Both the position numbers and the translations under genes were made by a program. A stretch of 64,000 nucleotides of DNA from Macrostomum lignano (lineage: Eukaryota), in assembly GCA_002269645.1 (NCBI GenBank), contig NIVC01000925.1, positions 180,933-244,932 on the forward strand. Direction: 5' to 3'. Below the pieces are notes generated by a model that did not search any database, had not been told where the DNA came from, and saw only the letters and a program-made list of their open reading frames with translations. This document shows, piece by piece, positions 49,594-59,035 of this stretch; position 1 is the stretch's first letter; each line of letters begins with the position of its first letter.

Positions 49594-49890
49594 GTAATTT
49601 AAAAAACAATGTTTTACTAAATTCATTGCTTTTTTGAATTGTTGCAAGATCTGTCTGCTGCAAGGGTTGCAAGGGTTATCGTGCGGTTCAGGCCCATGAG
49701 GGCCAACCCCCAAGGCACAGAGTGCACACGCCTGACGATTAGGGTGTATGTGCTTGGGAGTTGATCCAGGGTGTCTGCGGTCCTTCTGTAATAATAATAA
49801 TATTAATAATAATAATAATTCGTCTGTACTGATGAATTTAAAAATCATCAACCTACAGTGCACATTGTAAAACTAACACATCACTTTAAG

Positions 49891-50058
49891 AGCGTCTCTC
49901 CATTGTTGTCAAGCCGGAAAATGTAAAGATGAGCACACCAGACTCCGAAGCCAGCTTCAAGTGTCGCATTTCTGGCGGCTCAAGCAGCCGTTCTTTACTG
50001 TGGTACAACAATGGCAGATTCGTTAGTCCTCGAGACAGCGAGGGACCGGCGATTCAAG
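49891..50058 (+). CDS. Host Ig gene exon: Ig4 N-half
   Basis: CTTTAAG|AGC..CAAG|GTAGGA, 168 nt. Translates RLSIVVKPENVKMSTPDSEASFKCRISGGSSSRSLLWYNNG. Confidence 0.8.
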
Positions 50059-50089
50059 GTAGGATTAAACAATATGTGAAAGCGTTGGG

Positions 50090-50250
50090 AAAAAAGGGTA
50101 GTGGCACCCTTTGAAAAGTCTGTGGAAGGGAATAGCGGCACCCTTTGAAAAGTCTGTGGAAGGAAATAGCGGCACCCTTTGATGAATCTGCGGAAGGAGA
50201 TAGTGGCACCCTTAAATGAATCTGTGGAAGGAGATAGCGGCACCCTTTGA
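50090..50250. repeat. ~34-bp minisatellite x5 (GGAAGGGAATAGCGGCACCCTTTGAAAAGTCTGT)
   Basis: Direct reading. Confidence 0.85.
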
Positions 50251-50330
50251 AGAGTCCAGTAAGAATTTGGGTGATACGCTCGTTAAAATCTACTTTACTA
50301 TTTTTTTCATTTTTACTATCATCATTTCAG

Positions 50331-50351
50331 ATGAAACTTCAAGTACCGGAT
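50331..50351 (+). CDS. Host Ig gene 21-nt microexon (DETSSTG)
   Basis: ATTTCAG|ATGAAACTTCAAGTACCGGAT|GTAAGT has strong canonical sites, phase 1-1, and preserves the frame. Confidence 0.65.
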
Positions 50352-50443
50352 GTAAGTAATTTTATTTTCAGGAGTTATTCATGATACTCATTTTTGTTAT
50401 TCATCTTCATCATCATACTGGATTCGTCTTGACAATTTTCCAG

Positions 50444-50590
50444 TGTCCACAATCAGGGTGCGTAAGCTGAACCCGTCAATACGCGGCATTTTCCAATGCA
50501 TCGCTAGCGACCCGGAGGCCGACATCTGGGAGAGCGCAAACGCTTTGCTCACCGTTCAAGGCGACACGCTGCAACGGCCGACTGAGCCAG
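50444..50590 (+). CDS. Host Ig gene exon: Ig4 C-half
   Basis: TTTTCCAG|TGT..CCAG|GTGAGC, 147 nt. Translates STIRVRKLNPSIRGIFQCIASDPEADIWESANALLTV. Confidence 0.85.
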
Positions 50591-50671
50591 GTGAGCACTC
50601 AATAGATTCCTGCCGAGGATATCTATTAGTTTTTCTCCCAAATTTGATTTGAAAAATGAAAATCTTTGCAG

Positions 50672-51076
50672 CAGTTCCAACACCAGCCCGACCACCGATT
50701 GACGAACCTGCTGGGGCTACCACTAATCCATCGACCACCGACAAAGAAATCGTTCAGTTCTTAAACAGCACAAAGAGTGTAACCTACAAACTATTGAAGC
50801 CGGGAGAAACTTTCCAACAGATCAAATGCGGCAGTCAGTTTGAGCCTCGAAGTAATTACGTGTTCACCTTCTATAAGGACAATCAGCTGATTAATGTTAC
50901 TCCTAGCAAAGGACCGATTCTGAATCCGTACATGCAATTCGAGAATATTCTTGGTCTGGTGAGTTCGACTAAATTCGGCGATGAAAAAGCCCGCTTCCAG
51001 GGTGTGTATAAGTGCCGAGTTACCCAAAAGGATACTGGCCGACTATTGTTTGTTCAGACTATCCATGCTGGATATG
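50672..51076 (+). CDS. Host Ig gene exon: Pro/Thr linker plus Ig5 (gene continues beyond, no stop)
   Basis: TTGCAG|CAG tandem acceptor, donor TATG|GTGAGT, 405 nt. Translates IKCGSQ..FTFYKDNQ..FQGVYKCRV. Confidence 0.8.
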
Positions 51077-51121
51077 GTGAGTGAGCGCTTATTTATATTG
51101 CTTATTTATTTACGTGTATAT

Positions 51122-51210
51122 CAGGGGTCGGCAAAGTCCGGCCAGCCAGGCTTCTCTATCCGGCCCTCGGGTCCTTTGAAACTTCACAATAGCAATCCGG
51201 CCGCTCAAGG
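51122..51210 (+). mobile_element. Left end of a hAT (Charlie/Buster-like) non-autonomous element
   Basis: CAGGGGTCGGCAAAGTCCGGCC..ATCCGGCCC resembles hAT-Charlie termini. The preceding 8 bp GTGTATAT has a central TA. No right end was found in the window. Confidence 0.45.
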
Positions 51211-51419
51211 TTTGTGTCTTTTCTCAGCTCTCCTCTCTAATCTCCCCTCTCTCCTTCTCCATTCTCTCGTCTCAATTGTATCTCCCCTCCCTTCCGATGC
51301 TAAATTAGAGCTTATAAAAGAGCATCATGCAATCAGGTACAAATATAATATCAGAAGGAACTTCCACTCATAGGCTTGTTAGCTTAAGAGTAACCTATAT
51401 ACAATAAGTAGTATATACC

Positions 51420-51632
51420 ATACAAAATACCCAGCAAACCATTCTCACCATTGCAAACAATTTAACCCTTTATCAGTGTGAAATGGCCTGTTTCCCTTCA
51501 TTTTCGCTCGTCTTCACTTCGCTCAACTCGCTTCGCTCATCCTCGCTTCATTTCGGTCAAACAGGCCATTTCACACTGATAAAGGGTTAAATTGTTTGCA
51601 ATGGTGAGAATGGTTTGCTGGGTATTTTGTAT
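51420..51632. repeat. Perfect 74-bp inverted repeat with a 65-nt pyrimidine-rich loop
   Basis: Arms at 51420-51493 and 51559-51632 are exact reverse complements. The loop contains repeated TTCGCTC. Confidence 0.95.
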
Positions 51633-51737
51633 CGTCAACGCTTCCAACTCTCTCCAACACACACAAACTTTCTAGAACCCGTCGCACGCGCCGCAGGCGC
51701 GAAGGGTCTTTTTCTGTTATAAAAAATAGAACAAAAA

Positions 51738-52148
51738 ATGACACACGTTACACATATGCAAAATCTGAACGAATTGCAGGTAGGAGATCCAATTGAATAC
51801 CGAGGTGAGGGACTTTTTGATTTGGTTGGAACAGCAGCAAATTTTGTTAAAGACAATATGGGGCTTATAGGACAAGCTGGCTCTGCAGCAGGCTCTATAA
51901 CAAATGCTGTAAAAGGAGGAATTGAAGCAGCTAGAGCGGCAGAAGAACTAAAGAAATTGAGAGATTTTAACGATACCCTCTCACAGATAAAAGCAATAAA
52001 AGATTTGAAATTAGCACAGGAAGCAACCCAAGCCGCACAACCAACAGAAACCCCCACGAAAAGCGCATCAATAAGTAATAAAGATATTCAGGATTTTAAT
52101 AAAATGTTAAATACTATTAAAGGTGGAAAAGGATTAAAGAAATTTTAA
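51738..52148 (+). CDS. Putative virion core/cement protein (136 aa) with GxG|L adenain-type sites
   Basis: YRGEG-LFDLVGTAANFVKDN amphipathic segment and C-terminal IKGGKG-LKKF; A-rich start context. Confidence 0.7.
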   Translation: MTHVTHMQNLNELQVGDPIEYRGEGLFDLVGTAANFVKDNMGLIGQAGSAAGSITNAVKGGIEAARAAEELKKLRDFNDTLSQIKAIKDLKLAQEATQAAQPTETPTKSASISNKDIQDFNKMLNTIKGGKGLKKF

Positions 52149-52158
52149 CAATATAAAA

Positions 52159-53154
52159 ATGGACTCAGTTAATGATGATGAAAACCGGTTATATTTTATA
52201 GGAGAAATTGTAGATACCTTAAATCTTGATGATAATAAGCAAACCCACACAATGTTAAAAAGATTGGATCGATTAGGTAAAAAGTTTGACTACGACATCG
52301 ATACATTTAAACTCGCAGCAAAATATGCGCAAGAAGGAAGGCCAATATCCTTTAAGAATCGCGGCAGAAATTATAGGTTAACCGACTCCGATGTGAAATT
52401 TTTAATGGAGACTCACACTAAAAAGGACGGCGGATTACTACCCATTCTACCGCTTCTTTTAGGACTTGGCGCAGCTGGAGCAGTCGGTTTAGCCGGAAAA
52501 AGAATTCATGATAATGTAAAACAGCTAGGAGAGTTAAGAGCGAAACAGGGGGGAATCTTGCCCCTTGCAGCTTTGCTCCCAATAATTTTTGCAGGAATTG
52601 GAGCAGCTGGAGGAGTTGCTGGCGGAGCAGCTGGAATTGCAAAAGCAGTAAATGACAAAAAAGCTGCGGACGAAAAAGCTAAAAGAGAGGCCGAATTTCA
52701 AAGACAGCAAATAACGCAGGACGCACAATTCAAACAGAAACTTATTGATACCATTAATAGTAGTTCAGCAACAGCAGAGCAAAAAAGAAATGCAGAAGCT
52801 AGGTTAGCAGCTAGAAAAGGGTTAATACTAAAAGGATCAAATCATGGCAATGGTTTACTTTTACAAGGAACAACCCAAGGAAGCGGAGTTGTAGCAGATA
52901 AACTACATGAATTTGGTCAAACTTTAGAAAAAACGGGTGAGAAAGCTAAAGGATTTTTTGACAATATTGGGGCTAATTTTAGGCCAGCAGTTCAGAAGAT
53001 TTTTACTAAATTAGGAAAAGATTTTAACATAATTGAAAAGCATGATGGAAGCGGATTATATCTCGAAATGAGACCAAAAGCAGGTTCAGGAATTTTCTTA
53101 AATTCAAACGTTATGGGCAATGGATTGCTGTTACCAAAAGCAGATCTCGAATAG
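52159..53154 (+). CDS. Adenovirus pX (mu)-like core/membrane-active polyprotein (331 aa)
   Basis: Contains KQGG-ILPLAALLPIIFAGIGAAGGVAGGAAGIAKAVNDKK and KKDGG-LLPILPLLLGLGAAG, which resemble the pX-like motif of Polintons, plus five GxG-hydrophobic repeats. Confidence 0.75.
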   Translation: MDSVNDDENRLYFIGEIVDTLNLDDNKQTHTMLKRLDRLGKKFDYDIDTFKLAAKYAQEGRPISFKNRGRNYRLTDSDVKFLMETHTKKDGGLLPILPLLLGLGAAGAVGLAGKRIHDNVKQLGELRAKQGGILPLAALLPIIFAGIGAAGGVAGGAAGIAKAVNDKKAADEKAKREAEFQRQQITQDAQFKQKLIDTINSSSATAEQKRNAEARLAARKGLILKGSNHGNGLLLQGTTQGSGVVADKLHEFGQTLEKTGEKAKGFFDNIGANFRPAVQKIFTKLGKDFNIIEKHDGSGLYLEMRPKAGSGIFLNSNVMGNGLLLPKADLE

Positions 53155-53237
53155 GCTCCTGGGGGAGGGTCTGGACACCAAAAACGCAAAATTAAAAAAT
53201 CAATAATTCAAACATTATATAAATTATATTCTATAAA

Positions 53238-56200
53238 ATGGAACAAAGATTGACCCCAGATCAGATTCGACAACTTCTTGCAAATGAGCGCCAACAGTTC
53301 AATCGATTACAAAGACAGATTGAACAAATTGAACAGCGCCAAAGACAACAACGCCGCCAAAGAGCAAGAGAAAGACAGAGAGAAAGGCAGAGAGAAAGAG
53401 AAATACAAGACCAACAAATAAATGCATTAGCAAATAATATAAGGGCAGAATATGAAATGAAGCGATTAATAGAAAAGGCTGAATATGAAAAAAGAATAGC
53501 AGAATTAGAAAAAAACCAAAAGAAACCCACACGTCGGAAACCTCGGAATAAATCGGATGAAAAACCATTAGATGAGTTTATTAGGGTTTATCGATTTGAA
53601 CCAATGCAGAATGTCCTAGATTTTATTGAAACCCAGCTTTCAAACGGATATGCTGTTGAAATTACTAATGCGAGGGTACAATATTTTTATAATAAAACCG
53701 GAGATGATCGTGAAGAGATTAATCAATACTTAGCAACATTTTATAATATAAGCCAATTTCAAGCTTGGTTTAAGCATTTGGTAGAAAATTACGACATGAA
53801 TTTAAGTGTGTTTTCTGGAAGACTTAAAATGACACCAAACGAAATTACACTTAAACACGAAAGGTCAAAGCAGGGTATGGGAACAAATGTCATGTGTGAA
53901 ATTGTAGAGTATAAAGATGAGTACTGTTACATACCTAGTGATGGAAATTGTTTCTACAAGTGTGTTCAGTTTATTTATGGTGATAAAGCCCCACGCAAAG
54001 ACGAATATGGTGCTTGGTTGTACGACTCAAGAACCCAAAGAGGTTTAATGACAAATTCAAGAATTGGAAGATTCAATGAATATTTTAATCTTAATATAGG
54101 GCTGTACAACACCAAAAATCGCGGCATTGAACCAAAGTCTCAAAGAGGGATTCACCACGATTGGTTATTAATAAATTATTTCCACACACCCGATTACCAC
54201 ATTGGGCATTATTGTCTTATATCAAATAAACAACGAGGAATCGCCCTCGAACGGATAAAAGACAATTATAAAGTTGTATATAAAAACCCAACGCTCGAAA
54301 ATGTTAAGGAGCTAAAAATGTTCAACACACCCACAAATCCCAATAAATCAAATGTATATATATTTGATTTTGAAACATATTTAAATTATAATCAACAAGC
54401 ATGTCCGTATGCGGTTGGTCTTTTAAACTATAACGACTTTTCTAATAAGTGTAATGAAACCCCAGAGACAATAAAGAAACTAACTAAGATCTTGATATCA
54501 GATCGCGGTTGTGATTTTCAAACAGATGGAGATAAGACCGATCGTACCGAAGGTTCGCAACCAAAGGTTGATTGTGTTAGAAAAATGTTTAAATACCTTG
54601 GTACAGTTAGGTCAAAAAAGATTGTTTTGATCGCGCATAACTCATCCCGCTTTGATTCATACATACCACTATTTTGTAATATAAAACCAATTAAAATTCT
54701 CAAAACCCCAAGAGGAATATTATCAATAACTTTTGTAAACGATTACGCGTCAAAAGAGGTTAGTGCATTTATAAACAAAGATAAGAAGAAGAATCATAAG
54801 GATTCGAAACAAACCATTACGATGCTTTGTTCATATCAACACGCATCAATGAGTTTAAAAAAGTTTTGCTCATCAATGACAATTAGAGAGGATTTGCGAA
54901 AGACCTCAATGGTTCACGACATTACCGAACACGACTATTTAGAGCGCATGGACGAATGGTATGAATATTTACAATTTGATCTTATTTCTTTATGCGCCTG
55001 TATTCATAAGTATAATGAAATAGCATATGAAATTGGAGGAATGACAATGTTCGATACTCTTACCTGTTCAAGTTTAACATTAAAATGTTGGTTTAAAGAT
55101 TTTGTTAGAGTTGAAGACAAAATGAAACAATATCTAAAGACAGAAGAAAAAACTAATTACATTAAAAAAGTTGAAGAAATAATATCTCCGTTGAAAATAG
55201 AGGATTATTTTGACTTAAGCAAACTTGAAAAAGCAAAATACCAAACACTATTAAGAAAAGAATTTTCAGTTCACTCTCATACCAATCCTTATATACGAAG
55301 GTTTATGCGGGACGCAGTCAAAGGAGGCAGGGTATTTGCACTAATAAATAAATATGAAAGCGACTGTTTTCAAACAATTGTAGACGTTGTAAAAGCCCAT
55401 TTAAAAACACCAACAAGCGACCCATGCGAGGTTATATCAACTTATCTCAAAAGCGATATGGAAGAAAAAAAGAAAATCGCAATTAAATTAAAAAACCAAT
55501 TGGGTACCGTATCAGATTGTTTAATGAATTTTGATGGAGTTTCGTTGTACCCATCTGCCATGTCTGATAAGGATAGTGAATATCCAAGAGCAGAAACAGC
55601 AAGAGTTTTTGATATAAGCGAGGAAAAAGATTTCTTGGCACAATTTAATTCACAAACCTTTCGACCAAAAACAGCGGTTTTAAAGATTATGTATGAGAAT
55701 CCTAACACCGTTTTTCTTCAACATCTCCCATCGAAAGATAAAGAGAAATTTTATAATCCGGAAACAAAAGCAAACGAAACAAAAACATTAAATAGGTTTA
55801 GAAACGGAAAAGTAATTGACACCTTATGTTCCGTAGATATACAAGAAATTGTAAGAATGGGTGGAAAAATATTAAAGATATATAGTGGAATTGTATATGA
55901 AAAAAATTACGATTTCTCTCCGTTTCAGAATTATATTACAAATCTTTTTGAAATGAGAAAAGTATTTAAAAAAGAAAATAACGAGGCAGGTTCTGAATTG
56001 GTAAAAACACTATTAAATTCATTATATGGCAAAACAGTTCAAAGAGACATTACTTTCACAACACATCTCTGGAATTTGCAAACATTAAAAACCGAATACG
56101 ATGACACAATCAAATCATATGAGAAAATATGTGACGATTTATATTATGTTGAAAAAAATAAAGACACGCAAGAATATGTAGATGAGGAAGAGGAAAGTCC

Positions 56201-56858
56201 TATAACAAGCCTTTGTCCAGCACAATTAGGAATATTTATCTTAGCTCATTCAAGAAGGATCATGAATAATTTTATTACCTCTATAGAGGGCTCAAAGACT
56301 CCAGAAATTTATTACGGCGATACAGATTCGTTATATATACATAAAAAACATTGGGACACATTAAATAAAAACGGGCATGTTGGAAATAACTTAAGTCAAG
56401 GAAAAAATGATTATGGAGAGGGTGGAATTATATTCGGTTATTTTATCGCTCCTAAAATTAAATATTGTCTTTTATTGAAAGACGATTTTATTATGGAAGA
56501 GAAAAAAACATTTAAAGGATGTGCAAACGATAAGATTAATTTTGCATCGTTTAAAACTTTATATGATGGACAGTCAATAAAAGTAAATAATAATGCTCCG
56601 TGGAAACGATCATTTGAAGGTGGTATAACAATTCCTCAAAGCGGATCAACAATATCAAAAACATATACCTCTACGATAAACACATTTAAAAGAGAAAAAC
56701 CGGATAAAAACGGAGTTATGAAACCATTCTTTAAAAACTATTTTGATGACAAACCACAGCATGAACATTCAATTGAATATTATAACAGTTTACTATTTGA
56801 CGTTGACTATAATTGTTTTGAGTTCGATATTGATGAATTAGCACTTGAAAAAAACTAA
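53238..56858 (+). CDS. polB: Protein-primed family B DNA polymerase (1206 aa), intact, with N-terminal region and OTU-like domain
   Basis: ExoI IFDFETY, ExoII AHNSSRFD, ExoIII YLQFD, KGGRV, motif A FDGVSLYPSAM, motif B KTLLNSLYGK and motif C YGDTDSLY. Confidence 0.96.
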   Translation: MEQRLTPDQIRQLLANERQQFNRLQRQIEQIEQRQRQQRRQRARERQRERQREREIQDQQINALANNIRAEYEMKRLIEKAEYEKRIAELEKNQKKPTRRKPRNKSDEKPLDEFIRVYRFEPMQNVLDFIETQLSNGYAVEITNARVQYFYNKTGDDREEINQYLATFYNISQFQAWFKHLVENYDMNLSVFSGRLKMTPNEITLKHERSKQGMGTNVMCEIVEYKDEYCYIPSDGNCFYKCVQFIYGDKAPRKDEYGAWLYDSRTQRGLMTNSRIGRFNEYFNLNIGLYNTKNRGIEPKSQRGIHHDWLLINYFHTPDYHIGHYCLISNKQRGIALERIKDNYKVVYKNPTLENVKELKMFNTPTNPNKSNVYIFDFETYLNYNQQACPYAVGLLNYNDFSNKCNETPETIKKLTKILISDRGCDFQTDGDKTDRTEGSQPKVDCVRKMFKYLGTVRSKKIVLIAHNSSRFDSYIPLFCNIKPIKILKTPRGILSITFVNDYASKEVSAFINKDKKKNHKDSKQTITMLCSYQHASMSLKKFCSSMTIREDLRKTSMVHDITEHDYLERMDEWYEYLQFDLISLCACIHKYNEIAYEIGGMTMFDTLTCSSLTLKCWFKDFVRVEDKMKQYLKTEEKTNYIKKVEEIISPLKIEDYFDLSKLEKAKYQTLLRKEFSVHSHTNPYIRRFMRDAVKGGRVFALINKYESDCFQTIVDVVKAHLKTPTSDPCEVISTYLKSDMEEKKKIAIKLKNQLGTVSDCLMNFDGVSLYPSAMSDKDSEYPRAETARVFDISEEKDFLAQFNSQTFRPKTAVLKIMYENPNTVFLQHLPSKDKEKFYNPETKANETKTLNRFRNGKVIDTLCSVDIQEIVRMGGKILKIYSGIVYEKNYDFSPFQNYITNLFEMRKVFKKENNEAGSELVKTLLNSLYGKTVQRDITFTTHLWNLQTLKTEYDDTIKSYEKICDDLYYVEKNKDTQEYVDEEEESPITSLCPAQLGIFILAHSRRIMNNFITSIEGSKTPEIYYGDTDSLYIHKKHWDTLNKNGHVGNNLSQGKNDYGEGGIIFGYFIAPKIKYCLLLKDDFIMEEKKTFKGCANDKINFASFKTLYDGQSIKVNNNAPWKRSFEGGITIPQSGSTISKTYTSTINTFKREKPDKNGVMKPFFKNYFDDKPQHEHSIEYYNSLLFDVDYNCFEFDIDELALEKN

Positions 56859-57187
56859 AGCATGTAATTGTTTAAGCATAATATCCATTTCGATTTCATA
56901 TAATATTGAAGCCAATTTTCCTCGCAGTCAGGGTAACTTAAACAATCCTTTATTTTTTTCCTAAGTTTTTTTATTTTTCTAACCAATCTATCTATTTCAA
57001 TTTCAATTACTATTTCAGCATAATTAATTGCAGATTTAATAAAACGTTTTCTTTTATCTATCTCATATCGGATGGGAAACATATCGTCCCCATACTCATG
57101 ATATTTCTGAGATATAATTATATTTATTTTTTTATTAATATCATTAAGTTCACGCTCTTTAGTGATAAGGATTTTTATTGTCTCCAT
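56855..57187 (-). CDS. Hypothetical basic protein (110 aa)
   Basis: TATAAGAAAATG start context; the stop overlaps the pPolB stop region (convergent). Confidence 0.6.
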   Translation of the reverse strand: METIKILITKERELNDINKKINIIISQKYHEYGDDMFPIRYEIDKRKRFIKSAINYAEIVIEIEIDRLVRKIKKLRKKIKDCLSYPDCEENWLQYYMKSKWILCLNNYML

Positions 57188-57202
57188 TTTCTTATAAAAA
57201 AT

Positions 57203-57535
57203 TTAGTCTTCGTCGTCATCCTCCCAAACAGCCGCCAATTTTACAGTCCTATCACTCTTTTTATTATTTGTTTGTTTTAGTTTAAATTGCAATCCACCCT
57301 CGTTGCAGTATTTCATAACAAACGCTTTAGGTTTATTAATAACTAAAACAGGAAAATTTTTAACATCATCTCCGCTTAGACATAAAATTTTTTGCCCATC
57401 TAATTGTAAAAATATTGATTGAAGCCCAATAAATTTAACCTGTCTCAAACATATAATATTATATTCTTTATTCTCCAACATATTGGGTGTGAGATAATTA
57501 ATCACATTAGAATCGGTTTTGAACCAGCTCTCCAT
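57203..57535 (-). CDS. Hypothetical protein (~110 aa, likely start MESWF) with acidic tail
   Basis: AAAAATG context at 57535; the upstream in-frame extension reads as poly-Phe from an A-run. Confidence 0.6.
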   Translation of the reverse strand: MESWFKTDSNVINYLTPNMLENKEYNIICLRQVKFIGLQSIFLQLDGQKILCLSGDDVKNFPVLVINKPKAFVMKYCNEGGLQFKLKQTNNKKSDRTVKLAAVWEDDDED

Positions 57536-57560
57536 TTTTAATCTAAAAAAATAAAAAAAA

Positions 57561-57851
57561 ATGAAAGACATTTATGTTTGTAATAAATGTAATGTGACTA
57601 TGCACAGAGGGCAAACAGCAAACGGAGATATATATCATATGTGTTATTCATGTTCTAAAATATATCAATTTGAAAAAACAAAAAAGATTGAAAACTCATA
57701 TTACTATTTTAAAAACACAATTTTAAGAAATCTTACAAGAGACATTTCTGATCCAATTTTAATTCCCGGAAATAATGTTTATTTATATAATAACTTTTTC
57801 CATTTAAATAAAGGAAAGGGATTAAGTTCGAAAGACTCGAAAGGATTTTAA
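57561..57851 (+). CDS. Small zinc-ribbon protein (96 aa)
   Basis: CNKC-x17-CYSC near the N-terminus; A-rich start. Confidence 0.6.
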   Translation: MKDIYVCNKCNVTMHRGQTANGDIYHMCYSCSKIYQFEKTKKIENSYYYFKNTILRNLTRDISDPILIPGNNVYLYNNFFHLNKGKGLSSKDSKGF

Positions 57852-58039
57852 TTTTAGTTGGATATTATTTCAATTTTCTTATTCGAGAGAATACAAAGTT
57901 TATAAGGATAGGTAACATACCTAACGAAATGTTATTGAAAAAGTCATTGGAATTTTTATGTATTGATAAAAAATTTAAACCTAGGATCAGAAGAGAGTTA
58001 CCACTTTGGGAAGAATATATAACATATGCATTAAATAAA

Positions 58040-58692
58040 TTAAACAACATTAAGTTCTACAGCACTTCCTGACCGTGGGCTTTGTGCCCCAGTAGCAATA
58101 GTTTCAGGTTCGTAAATACCTAATGTTTCTATAGGTGGAGCTTTGGGTTTGTCCAAACGTAATTCTTTTAATTCCATATCGGTAAAAGTTTCAACATCTA
58201 AAATTCTATTTCTATCTTTTAAATATTTTTCATATAATTCAACCGCGGTTGATAATTCATGAATCGTTATCTCTCCGTCATCCAATATTTTTTGCACATA
58301 TAAATATAATTGATTTTTATATTGGCAACATCTCTTAATGATTTATATTTTTCCTTTCTTTTTTTAAGATATAATTTAATTGCTAAAAGTATTGATAAGT
58401 TCCTGATCAATTCAAAACCTGATATTGAGCCAATTGAAATACCTAAAAATAATTGAGATAAATTAAGAGTTGGAATAGATTGTAAAATACCTAAAACGAT
58501 TACACATAACATTGATAAGCTTCCAAATCCAATATTGAAAAAGTCCATATTTCTTATATGGTTTGAAACTCTTCTTACTTTTTTAGCATATAAATCATAA
58601 TCATAGTTAATACGATCAACATTACTTAACATCTGACCTTTACGTTGGTTGAACCGGTCGCGTTCCCATTTATCTGCTTCAGATACCGACAT
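58040..58692 (-). pseudogene. Membrane protein with two hydrophobic helices, apparently split by a frameshift at ~58295
   Basis: The 141-aa ORF (..KINYIY) continues in the adjacent frame as VQKILDDGEITIHELS. Removing one AT from TATATGTG fuses them. Confidence 0.55.
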
Positions 58693-58704
58693 TCTCGTCT
58701 ATTT

Positions 58705-59004
58705 TTAATAGCACCAAAATGAATTCCCCGCGCTCTTTGGGATTTGTCCCGAGCTCAATAGGTATTGTATTGGAGTGATTCTTTCTTTTTTCTCCCATTT
58801 AAATCCTATTTTCCAAAACTCTTGAAGTATAATATGATTTTTTAATAACTTAATTAATTCTTGAAGCTTCTTATTATCCTGAACATTTACAGTACTAAAT
58901 AAAAATTTGGTATGAGATTTGAATGTTTTTATATTTGATTCTTGTTTAGGAATAGGAATAATAACATTATTTTGCCGCATCGATGGAGTTCTACTAAAAG
59001 CCAT
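58705..59004 (-). CDS. Hypothetical protein (99 aa, MAFSRTPS..)
   Basis: TATATAAAATG start at 59004, inside the track's 248-aa ORF, preceded by a duplicated AT-rich 15-mer. Confidence 0.55.
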   Translation of the reverse strand: MAFSRTPSMRQNNVIIPIPKQESNIKTFKSHTKFLFSTVNVQDNKKLQELIKLLKNHIILQEFWKIGFKWEKKERITPIQYLLSSGQIPKSAGNSFWCY

Positions 59005-59035
59005 TTTATATATAAATATTTTATATATAAATATT

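Noticed and set aside
51635-52057. 140-aa minus-strand ORF and other antisense ORFs over the pX-like, pPolB and fibre genes
   Set aside because: They are shadows of better-supported opposite-strand genes with motif evidence and the shared start context.
58280-58300. Programmed -1 frameshift at C AAA AAA
   Set aside because: It does not fit X XXY YYZ and no clear downstream structure was seen; an AT duplication or error is simpler.
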